A DNA stretch of 64,000 nucleotides from a bacterium. GTDB lineage: Bacteria; Omnitrophota; Gorgyraeia; Zapsychrales; Zapsychraceae. This document shows, piece after piece, positions 1 through 9,500 of this stretch. Position numbers and translations under genes: made by a program. The notes under the pieces are model-generated. The model saw nothing but the letters and a program-made list of their open reading frames with translations. It ran no database searches and was not told the DNA's origin. The stretch covers positions 38,017 through 102,016 of the forward strand of contig JAUIER010000016.1 of the NCBI GenBank assembly GCA_030429765.1, written 5' to 3'. The first letter of the stretch is position 1. Each line of letters opens with the position of its first letter.

Positions 1-1
1 G

Positions 2-3000
2 GACTTTGACGGTTCACGACGCGTCTATCTGGAATCCAACCGGAATGTGACCGGCAGTTGGCGGCGGGAATTGCAGCCGGCCACGTTTGTGGAAAATCGC
101 GGCGGTCGCGCGGTTTACGAATTCAAAGTCCGGGCCCAGCGAAGCTTCGACTACAACTTTGTGTTTGTCAATGCCGACGGAACCGAGGAGTGGACGGATA
201 TTCCTTTTGGAAATCACACGGTTGAAGTCAAGAAACAGTATACGGCCGATGTTGTCTTTGTGGGGATGGAGCACAAACTCTTCGCGAAGGTTGGTGGATT
301 GGCGGATGTCATGCATAGTCTTCCCCGGGCGTTTGCCAAGTCCGGCAATGACACCACCGTTATCCTGCCACATTTTAAAAATTTAGACTATCAACTGGAA
401 GAATATGGATTCGAGGATGTGCCGGGTTTTGAGATTGAGATTCCTTTTAGACAAAGAGACAATGTTCGCCTGAAGGCCAAGCAGGCAATCGTCGAGGGAG
501 TCAAAGTCTATATTCTTGACGCCGAGACCGATGACTTATTCGGACAAATTTATAAAGATAACCGTAATATCTTTTTAGAATCTATCTTATTGTCACGTGG
601 CTCATTAGAGCTGCTCAGACATCTGGGCCGTCCGGTCAGTGTCATTAACTCCGCGGATCATCACGCCGCATTGGTTCCCCTATATATGGAAACCTTGTAT
701 AAGGATGACTTTAGTGAGACGGGTAGTGTTTTCACGATTCATAACTTTAGAAGTCAGGGAGATTATCCGCTCGAATGGTACGAAGAACTGGGTATGCCGT
801 TCGATGATGAATTGTATTATTCGTTCGCCAAGTATGGGCGAATCAATATGTTGAGCGTGCCCGGTGAGCTTTTACATCGGGTTGGAAAGGGGCATTACGT
901 TAATACTGTAAGCCAAGGTTATGCGCAGGAAATCCGTGAGGTGTTCTCGGATGTGGCTAATCTATACAGTGAGGCCGGTATACGTTTCGGCGGAATACTC
1001 AACGGGTTGGATTTTGAGGCCTGGGATCCTAACACCGATCCCAACATTGCCCGTAATTATTCATTGAGTGACGGGGCCGAATCCATTAAGGCCGCGCGCG
1101 AGCGGAACAAGAAGGAACTTCAATGGATTCTCTCACCAGAGGGAGACAAATCCTTAATCAAGCTTAAGGATCCGGCCAATGTTCACGGGGAGCTCACGAC
1201 CGAATCGGATCGTTTATTGGTGGGGGTGGTATCACGTCTGGATTCGCAAAAGCAGATTGATATCATCGCTGATATGCTCGAAGACATGTACGCCGGACGA
1301 CGGCCCGCATTGAATATTGACGTGCTAATAAATGGAACCGGTGATCCGGCTTTAACGCAGCGGCTTGCCGAAATCGCGTCGGACGCGCGTAAGCACAATA
1401 TCGGTATCTCGGTTGTATTTGTCAATGAGTACCTGCAGGTCTTGACCCAAAAGCTAATGGCGGGGGCGGATGTGCTTTTGATTCCATCCTATTTTGAGCC
1501 ATCCGGATTGACACAGATGCAGGCGATGCGCTACGGGGCTGTACCGGTTGTTCGACGGACAGGAGGGTTGGCTGATACGGTTTTCGAAGATCCCGAGCAT
1601 TGGAACGGATTTGTCTTCGAGGGCGCGGACCGGCTGCTTCATGATGAAGTCGAGGATATGAACCGACGCAAGATCAACACCTCGGGATTGTATGACGCGG
1701 TTTCCCGGGCGCAGGATGTTTATTACAATGATCCCGAAACATGGACAACAATTGTCGAGCAGGGAATGTCCGAAGAAAACGACTGGAACCGCAGCCTGAA
1801 CGATTACATGAATGTCTATGGATGGCTTTATGATGAGCGTCATCAGGATGTGCGGGGCGGGACGATATTGTCGGGTGACCAGGTTGTTAAAGACAAAGAC
1901 ACAGTGGTGCTTCGCGTCGCGGCGCACAGCCGCAGCAAGTCCCGTCGGGTGTATCTGCATTCCAACCGTAACGTGCTGGGCGAATGGGTTACAGACAAAA
2001 CTCCCGCGCGCTACGTCGAAACCATCGACGGGCAGGATATTTTTGAAGTCGAAGTCCAGGCGCGCCGAAATTTCGAATATACATTTGCCTTTGATTACGG
2101 CAACGATGATATTGTCTTTCTGGAACATAGTGAAGGCTATCCCAAGGTCACCATTGAGTCTGAGTTTACGGGAGCGGTGGCGTTTGTCGGCATGGAGTTT
2201 GGACCGCTCGTGAAAGTCGGCGGACAGGGTGATGTGATGTTTGAATTACCCAAGGCTTTGGTCAAATCCAACAAAGAGGTAGCCGTGGTGCTGCCAAAGT
2301 TTGACATACTTGAAGAAAAGTTGGCGGGTAAGGAGTTGGTCGAGATTGAAGATTGGAAGATGACGATTCCGTTTGAATATCGGGACGATGTCACGTTGCG
2401 GGCGTATGAAACGGATCTCGATGGTGTCAGGGTCATACTTATTGACGCTGATGCGCCGGATTTATTTATCCGGCCATATAATGTGGCTGAGGATGGTTCT
2501 CGCGATAGCGAATTTTATGAATCTATTTTATTGTCGCGGGGAAGTCTTGACGTACTACGGCATTTGAAGCGCGCAGGCAGTCTCGATGTTGATGTTATCA
2601 ATTCGGCGGACCATCATACGGCGCTGATCCCGCTTTACATGCGGCATACCTATGCCGAAGATTTCGCACGCACCGGCAATGTGTTTACGATCCATAATAT
2701 CGGCTATCAAGGTCGTTATGAACCGGAAATGTATTCGGAACTTGGGTTGGACGAATCGTTGCGGGATATGGTGCAAATCGGCGACGAGCTAGTTTTTATG
2801 GGGGTTCCACCCACCGTGATCAACCGATTAGGCAAGGAAGGCAACTATATCAATACCGTCAGTTCCAGTTATGCCAAGGAAACGCGACCGACACAGTTTG
2901 GACTGAACACGTCAGTGTTGCAATCTGTGGGCAATCGCTACGGCGGAATTCTGAACGGACTAGATTTTGACGTGTGGGATCCGGCCACGGATAAAATGAT

Positions 3001-6000
3001 CCACACCAACTACAGCATTACCGATGGCATGGACGCGGTATTGGAAGCCCGGGCGCAGAATAAACGCGAACTACAGGAGATACTTTCCGGCGAGGGTGAC
3101 CTCAGCGAGATCGGGATCAAGGATCTCAAGAATTTTAGCGGTCGGTTACGGGTGGGGTCGGATCGCATGCTTGTCGGGCTGGTTTCCAGATTGGTAGGGC
3201 AGAAGCAGATTGATATTATCGCCGACATGATTGATGACATGCTCAATGGCCGCAAAGAACAAATATCGGTCGATTTTGTTCTCAACGGTACCGGCGACTC
3301 GGATATCGAACAGCGATTGGCGGAGCTGGCAAAGAAAGTTGAAGAGGCGGGGTTAGACATGTCCTTTGCGTTTGTGAATGAATATCTTCAACCGGTCACA
3401 CAGAAGATTATGGCGGGCGCCGATGTGGTCCTGGTTCCGTCGGACTATGAGCCGAGTGGATTGACTCAAATGCAGGCCATGCGTTACGGGGCGGTGCCGG
3501 TTGTGCGTAATACCGGTGGATTAGCGGATACAGTCCATGAGCTGGGAGATAACTGGAGCGGTTTTGTCTTCGATGGTGTGCCGCGATTACTGGAGAATCC
3601 TGACGTCGATCAACGCCGTCGTCAGCAGAATGCCGATGATCTGTTCCTGGCCATCCGACGGGCGAATGAGGTTTATGTCAATGATCGTGAGCAGTGGCAT
3701 AAAATCATCAATACGGCGATGCGCGCGGAAAACGACTGGTCGCGCAGTTTGGGTGACTATCTCAATGTGTACACGTGGCTCACTGATGAGTTAAAACGTA
3801 AGGCCGATCCGGGCTTTGCGAAGATGTCCCGTACATTGTCGGCCAGTTATCAGGAATATCTGCGATCTGATCCTGAGCCCGGACGACCATTTGTCGTCGC
3901 GGTCAAAGGTAATTATGCCAGCGGCAAGTCAATGATGCGGCGGGCGCTGATGGATGAATTGGAAAAATTCGGACTGGTCGTCGATTTTGTCCACGATGAA
4001 TTTTATTTTGATGATCCAGCCGGTTACCACAGCATCGCTGATGCCGTTCGGTTGAAGAATGGTGTCAACATTCTGATTTATGAAATTGAACGGTATTTGC
4101 CGACGGGCGCCGATGAGATTGATATGTACATAGAGACCCGTAGCGAATTATCAACGGTCAAGCGTCGTATTGCGGCTGACAGCAAGAAATGGGAGGACCT
4201 GGAAGAACGGGTCCTGGCCAGCATGTCGGCTGAAGGGTTTAGCGCGTTGACGCCGGATGTCAGTATTCAGTTGGACACTCAATTAACGGATGACGAGTTT
4301 CGCGAATTCATCGGTGAGGGACTGGTGGAGATGAGCTTTACCAAAGCCCCGCCGGCCCGAGATTCCACGGCCAATGCGCGGTTGATGTCAGATACTCCCG
4401 CTGAGCTCACCAAAGAACGCCTTCGGGGGATTATCGAGCAACGGATGCCGTCGCGAACCAGTGGTGTATTGACGCATGTCAGTTCCTTGGACAGCGAATA
4501 CGGCATTGGTGACTTTGGTCCTTCAGCCCGCCGGTTTGTAGATTTTCTCATCGCGTCCAATCAGGATGTCTGGCAGGTTCTGCCACTGAATCCGACCGAC
4601 GCGGAGTTTAATCACTCCCCGTACAGCAGTGATTCCTCATTTGCGCTTAATCCATTGTTTGTGAGTCCAGACGATCTGGTTGAAATGGGTGTGTTGTCAT
4701 CCGAACAGATCACGAAATTCAGACGGCCGAATAATCGATTTGTCGACTACGACGCGGTCTCGGCTAACAAGCGGGAAATGCTTCGGCTGGCGTTTGACCA
4801 GCGTGAAGACGGACCCGGTGTGGTGCAGAAGTTTAAACGATTCAAAGCGCTTCACCGTGACTGGCTGGATCGATACGTGATGTACAGGGCGATCAGTGCG
4901 GCGCATGAAGGCCGGTCCTGGAATGAGTGGCCTGAAGGTCTGCGGGATCGACGGGCCAAAGCGTTGGTCGATTTCCGTGTTGATCATAAAGATGAAATTG
5001 AGTACTACGCGTTCGAACAGTTTTTGTTGTTTGAGCAATGGGGTAAGCTTCAAAAATATGCGCAGAAGGCGGGGGTCAAGATTCTGGGGGATCTTCCGTT
5101 GTATGTCAGTTATGACAGTGCTGATGTGTGGTCGAATAAAGAATTGTTTAATCTCGACGATGATTACAATCCAATCACTATATCCGGTGTGCCTCCGGAC
5201 GCCTTCAGCGCGGACGGACAGAAGTGGGGACATCCGACCTTTCATTGGCGTCGTATGCAGGCAAATGGATACCGTTGGTGGATGGAGCGAATCGCGCATA
5301 ATTTGCAGCTGTATGATCAGGTCCGCTTGGATCATTTCCGCGGACTGGTTCAGTACTGGTCTATTCCGGCCGATGCTGAGTCAGCCAATGCCGGGCATTG
5401 GGAACAGGCTGGAGATCAACACTTCTTCAGCTTGATAATTCAGCGTTTTGGCGTGGGACGTTTGATTGCTGAAGATTTGGGTGAGATCACACCGGACGTC
5501 ATAGAGGTACTCGAGCAGCTGGGTATCCGGCGCATGAAGATTCTTCAGTTTGGATTTGACGGTGAAAATCTCAGGGACAATACGTTTTTCCCGGAAAATT
5601 ATGACGAGAATTCCGTCGCCTACACCGGAACGCATGACAATAACACGATTCGCGGATGGTTCCGTCACGAACTTGGCGATCAAGCCCGTGAGAATCTACA
5701 ACGATTTCTGGGTAAAGATTTGATGGAGGAGCAGATCCACTGGGACATTATCCAGGCGGCGATGCGCTCGGGCGCTGAGACCGTGATCTTTCCACTGCAA
5801 GATGTATTCGGACTGGATGAATCCTCACGCATGAATTTGCCAGGGGTTGCCGCAGGTAACTGGACCTGGAGGATCAGCAGTGCGGATATGGATGCCGACA
5901 CCGTGCGGGAATTGGGAACGCTCAAGGCCACCACCCGTCCACCGCAGATAAAGTTGATGCGATCGGTCGGTATGAATCTGGTGAGCCGGGCGAGTAAATT

Positions 6001-6538
6001 CTTACGCGACAATAACTATGACGCACTGGCCCAAGAGCTAGAGCAGTTCAGCCGGCAGAATCGGATCAGAGAATGGGACTTCCGGCGTTTTGCCGCGGCG
6101 ACCTACAAAGATGATAACAATACAGAGTACATTTTGACTTCATCTGTTGATAGTGACGGTAAGAGGCTATCTGAAACTCAAAGGATTGCCAATTTGATCT
6201 TTGCTATCGGGGCCACGCAGAATTTTAATTTGGATGTGGATGTCAATGAGCGTCGTATGCAGGCCTATCTGGATCGTGCGATGAGCGCGGATACGGATGT
6301 CGGGGGGATCGATTTGAATCCGGATCTCATTCAACTGAACGTTGAGGGTGAGATGCCGTCCAATAATGCATTGAAGTACCCGTATGAGCTGCCGGTTCCC
6401 GTCGACATCAAGGGATTTGTGCCGGTAATTATTCAGATATCACCCGTACCGAACATACTCAATTATATGGGTGTAAACCTTCAACCCGGTGAGGTGCCGG
6501 GATACAATGATCAGCAACGGCTTTCGGCCGTTCGTTAA
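2..6538 (+). CDS. Large multidomain alpha-glucan enzyme, 5'-partial: 2x [beta-rich CBM-like domain + GT5 glycogen synthase], P-loop kinase-like domain, GH77 4-alpha-glucanotransferase (MalQ), C-terminal GGIDLNP tail
   Basis: The frame is open from base 2 (DFDGSRRVYLESNRNV...), so the gene begins upstream of the window. GT5 motifs: KVGGL (287) and KVGGQ (2213), SRLxxQKQ twice, EPSGLTQMQAMRYG twice. Walker A GNYASGKS at 3908. GH77 motifs: GIGDFG, QVLPLNPT, RLDHFRG, AEDLG, YTGTHDN, NWTWR. VGGIDLNP at 6299-6322. Confidence 0.9.
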   Translation, partial: DFDGSRRVYLESNRNVTGSWRRELQPATFVENRGGRAVYEFKVRAQRSFDYNFVFVNADGTEEWTDIPFGNHTVEVKKQYTADVVFVGMEHKLFAKVGGLADVMHSLPRAFAKSGNDTTVILPHFKNLDYQLEEYGFEDVPGFEIEIPFRQRDNVRLKAKQAIVEGVKVYILDAETDDLFGQIYKDNRNIFLESILLSRGSLELLRHLGRPVSVINSADHHAALVPLYMETLYKDDFSETGSVFTIHNFRSQGDYPLEWYEELGMPFDDELYYSFAKYGRINMLSVPGELLHRVGKGHYVNTVSQGYAQEIREVFSDVANLYSEAGIRFGGILNGLDFEAWDPNTDPNIARNYSLSDGAESIKAARERNKKELQWILSPEGDKSLIKLKDPANVHGELTTESDRLLVGVVSRLDSQKQIDIIADMLEDMYAGRRPALNIDVLINGTGDPALTQRLAEIASDARKHNIGISVVFVNEYLQVLTQKLMAGADVLLIPSYFEPSGLTQMQAMRYGAVPVVRRTGGLADTVFEDPEHWNGFVFEGADRLLHDEVEDMNRRKINTSGLYDAVSRAQDVYYNDPETWTTIVEQGMSEENDWNRSLNDYMNVYGWLYDERHQDVRGGTILSGDQVVKDKDTVVLRVAAHSRSKSRRVYLHSNRNVLGEWVTDKTPARYVETIDGQDIFEVEVQARRNFEYTFAFDYGNDDIVFLEHSEGYPKVTIESEFTGAVAFVGMEFGPLVKVGGQGDVMFELPKALVKSNKEVAVVLPKFDILEEKLAGKELVEIEDWKMTIPFEYRDDVTLRAYETDLDGVRVILIDADAPDLFIRPYNVAEDGSRDSEFYESILLSRGSLDVLRHLKRAGSLDVDVINSADHHTALIPLYMRHTYAEDFARTGNVFTIHNIGYQGRYEPEMYSELGLDESLRDMVQIGDELVFMGVPPTVINRLGKEGNYINTVSSSYAKETRPTQFGLNTSVLQSVGNRYGGILNGLDFDVWDPATDKMIHTNYSITDGMDAVLEARAQNKRELQEILSGEGDLSEIGIKDLKNFSGRLRVGSDRMLVGLVSRLVGQKQIDIIADMIDDMLNGRKEQISVDFVLNGTGDSDIEQRLAELAKKVEEAGLDMSFAFVNEYLQPVTQKIMAGADVVLVPSDYEPSGLTQMQAMRYGAVPVVRNTGGLADTVHELGDNWSGFVFDGVPRLLENPDVDQRRRQQNADDLFLAIRRANEVYVNDREQWHKIINTAMRAENDWSRSLGDYLNVYTWLTDELKRKADPGFAKMSRTLSASYQEYLRSDPEPGRPFVVAVKGNYASGKSMMRRALMDELEKFGLVVDFVHDEFYFDDPAGYHSIADAVRLKNGVNILIYEIERYLPTGADEIDMYIETRSELSTVKRRIAADSKKWEDLEERVLASMSAEGFSALTPDVSIQLDTQLTDDEFREFIGEGLVEMSFTKAPPARDSTANARLMSDTPAELTKERLRGIIEQRMPSRTSGVLTHVSSLDSEYGIGDFGPSARRFVDFLIASNQDVWQVLPLNPTDAEFNHSPYSSDSSFALNPLFVSPDDLVEMGVLSSEQITKFRRPNNRFVDYDAVSANKREMLRLAFDQREDGPGVVQKFKRFKALHRDWLDRYVMYRAISAAHEGRSWNEWPEGLRDRRAKALVDFRVDHKDEIEYYAFEQFLLFEQWGKLQKYAQKAGVKILGDLPLYVSYDSADVWSNKELFNLDDDYNPITISGVPPDAFSADGQKWGHPTFHWRRMQANGYRWWMERIAHNLQLYDQVRLDHFRGLVQYWSIPADAESANAGHWEQAGDQHFFSLIIQRFGVGRLIAEDLGEITPDVIEVLEQLGIRRMKILQFGFDGENLRDNTFFPENYDENSVAYTGTHDNNTIRGWFRHELGDQARENLQRFLGKDLMEEQIHWDIIQAAMRSGAETVIFPLQDVFGLDESSRMNLPGVAAGNWTWRISSADMDADTVRELGTLKATTRPPQIKLMRSVGMNLVSRASKFLRDNNYDALAQELEQFSRQNRIREWDFRRFAAATYKDDNNTEYILTSSVDSDGKRLSETQRIANLIFAIGATQNFNLDVDVNERRMQAYLDRAMSADTDVGGIDLNPDLIQLNVEGEMPSNNALKYPYELPVPVDIKGFVPVIIQISPVPNILNYMGVNLQPGEVPGYNDQQRLSAVR

Positions 6539-6576
6539 CATATAGCTGTATAGACCAATTATCAGGAGACCAGACC

Positions 6577-9500
6577 ATGTCAAACGTATCTAAAAATCAA
6601 AAATTTAAAATTTGGGCCGCAGCCGCCCGGCTGATCATTGCGATGACGTTTATGCTATCGTCCGTAATGCCGGCAGGAATGGCGTTGGCGGACATTGATC
6701 GTTCAACGCTGGACAATATGAATATGGTACAGCCCGGCTCAATCGTCCGGCTGAGCGAGGCCTTTGAACCGGTCGTTCTTAAAGGGATCAATATTCGACC
6801 GGACCAGCCGTACACATTTGACTTTTTGGTCGATACCAACGGACACGACATGTCCGACGCCGAGTTTGAAGCGGAGTCGCAGAAGTTGATTAAGTATTTT
6901 TTGGCGTCGCTGACCATCCCCGAACAGGATATGTGGGTCAACTTGTCGCCATACGAAGCCAATCGCATGATCCCTGAAAGTTTTGGTCAAACCGAGATGG
7001 GACGTGATTTGCTGGCGCAGGATTATATGCTCAAGCAATTGACGGCTTCCTTGATGTATCCGGAAGATGAGTTAGGTCAAAAATTCTGGTCGCGGGTGCA
7101 AGACCTGGCGAACGAACAGTTCGGTACGCATGAACTGCCGATGAAGACATTTAACAAGGTCTGGATCGTTCCCGAGCAGGCGCGGGTTTATGAACATGAA
7201 CGCGGCGCGGTTGTGGTTGAGAGTTACTTGAATGTCATGTTGGAAGAGGATTACCTGGCGCTGGAAGCCAACGCAGGACGCACCAATCATGGTCTTGGTG
7301 ATGTCAGTGCGGATGAGCTGGTATCCAAGCAGGATGTATCCACGCGGGTAATCCGCGAGATTATTATACCTGAGATCGAACGTGAAGTGAACTCGGGTGA
7401 AACCTTTGCGAATCTCCGACAAATCTACAACTCGATGATCCTGGCAGTCTGGTACAAACGGGTCCTCAAAGAAAGTCTGTTAGGACAGATCTACATGGAC
7501 AAAGGTCGTGTCGAGGGAATTGCCCAGCCGAGTATTGAAGACAACCAAAAAATTTATGACATGTACGTCGAGGCGTTTAAGCGCGGTGTTTACAATTACA
7601 TCAAGGAAGATGTGGATCCGGCGACGAATCAGGTTGTCCCGCGGCAATATTTTTCCGGCGGTGCAGTCCCAATTACAGATCAGGCCGTGCTCGTCGAGCG
7701 CACAACCGCCGAAGAAACGCGGGCTGAACTGGAGCGAAGTCAAGTCCGGATGCTGACTGTCCGTATGGGACGTGTTCCGGACGTTAAACAAGACTACGCG
7801 GTGCTGGCGCAGGATCCTGAGCTTCAGCAGTTCTTAAGTGAGATTCGCGAGCCATCGAATAACGCCTTTACGGATATTTCGTTAGAAGCGGCGATCGCGG
7901 AACTCGAAGGTGAGGCCGAAGGAGCGCTCGGTAAAGGCGGTTTGGGATTCCTGACCGGTGATACGTGGGGAGCCTACAAGCATCTGAGTACGTATAGAGG
8001 TCTGGGCGTCATGCCATTGTATGATCGTCATTATAATCCCGGATCTGAATCGATTGATTGGGACAATCAGCCAGGCATTAAGCCGTTTATAGATCAATCG
8101 ACCGGAGAAGTTTTAACGTTCAATGTGGATTTCAATCTAGGCAGTTTTCCGGTTCAGATCTATTGGGTTAACCGAAACGGGATGCCAGTCTTTCTGATCC
8201 GCTCCGCCGACTTTTTCGGACAATTGTATCCCGGGGGCAACGCGCAGAAGCAGCAGTACGGTTTCTTGGCGCGAGCTTATGTGGAGCTCATGAAGAAACT
8301 GGAGATTGCTCCAAAGATTGTACGCTTAAGTGAGGGGCAGCTGGTTTTTGTTGGAACGGCTATGAAGAATGACGTGAAACATTTTAAAAATAATGGCGGT
8401 GAGAGTGTCTTTGACCAGGCCAAGATCGTATTTACAACGCATACGCCCGAAGCAGCGGCGTTGCCGATCTTTTATGACCTGGATGAGCTTGAGAATTTGG
8501 TCGGGCGGGATTTGTTCGAAGATATCATCGAGAATGGTCGAGTCAATGCAGCCAAGGCCCTGGCCGACATGGCGGATATCGTCAACGGTGTATCTGAAGA
8601 GCATGGTTCTGTAACCAAGGTTGCCGTGTTGCCCGAGTTCCGCAACAAAACCACTGCGATTCAAAACGGTAATGAAGAGGCGACGTGGTATTCCGGCCGA
8701 TTACGCGAGCATGTGGAAACAGTCGGGCTGGCCAATGTTACCGGTAAGGATCTCTTTGATATCGGCACAGAGATCAAACAAAATGATCTACAGCAATTGT
8801 TGCAGGATGAGTTCGGTGTAAAGTTTGCCGATCCGTCGAGGCCTCTGGTCGGTCTTGTTCGTCGACTGGTCGCTTATAAGGAACAGCAGATGTTCATTCC
8901 ATTGGTGAAATGGATTGTAGGTGACCCGAACAAGGATTACTACCATGATGAAACCGGTGACTATCTCGGCAAAGGGCTGGGAGCGAACCTCTTGATCGGA
9001 GGGCATTCGCTGGACGATGTCTCGCCGGTTTGGGTGCGTGAGTTCCGCCGGTTGATGCAGGAAGAAGATGTCAAAGGTAAGTTTCTTTATGTGGCCGGTA
9101 CCGGAATTGAATTGCGAAAACTGGCGGTAGCCGGTTCTGATATCTGGGTCAGTATTCCACGACCGACGCGTGAGGCTTCCGGAACCTCGGATGGAGCCGC
9201 TGCCCTGAATGGAACCGTCAATATTGCCACGGCAACGGGCGGTCCGCTGTCCTATATTAAGCATCGAAAAAATGGATGGCTTATCGATGTGTTTGCCGGA
9301 CAATCGCTGGATAATGTCACCCTGCGGTTTGATCAGGGGGATCACGATATTATCAAGGAATTTCAGTATGAAGGCGGAAGACAGCTGGCGACCGCACTGC
9401 GCGAATCGACCGAACGCCTAAACGATTACACGAGGCGCGGAAACACAGAGTGGTTAAAAACCATGCGCGCGTCGTTTACCGCGTCGCATCGTGAGGTGTC

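Noticed and set aside
47-49. ORF-track start of the 2163-aa protein
   Set aside because: The frame is open to the window edge and the upstream codons match the internal repeat (RRVYL.SNRNV), so the gene starts before the window.
5930-6260. Possible degenerate zincin-like domain (LIFAIGA) before the tail
   Set aside because: There is no HExxH motif and the similarity is too weak to support a call.
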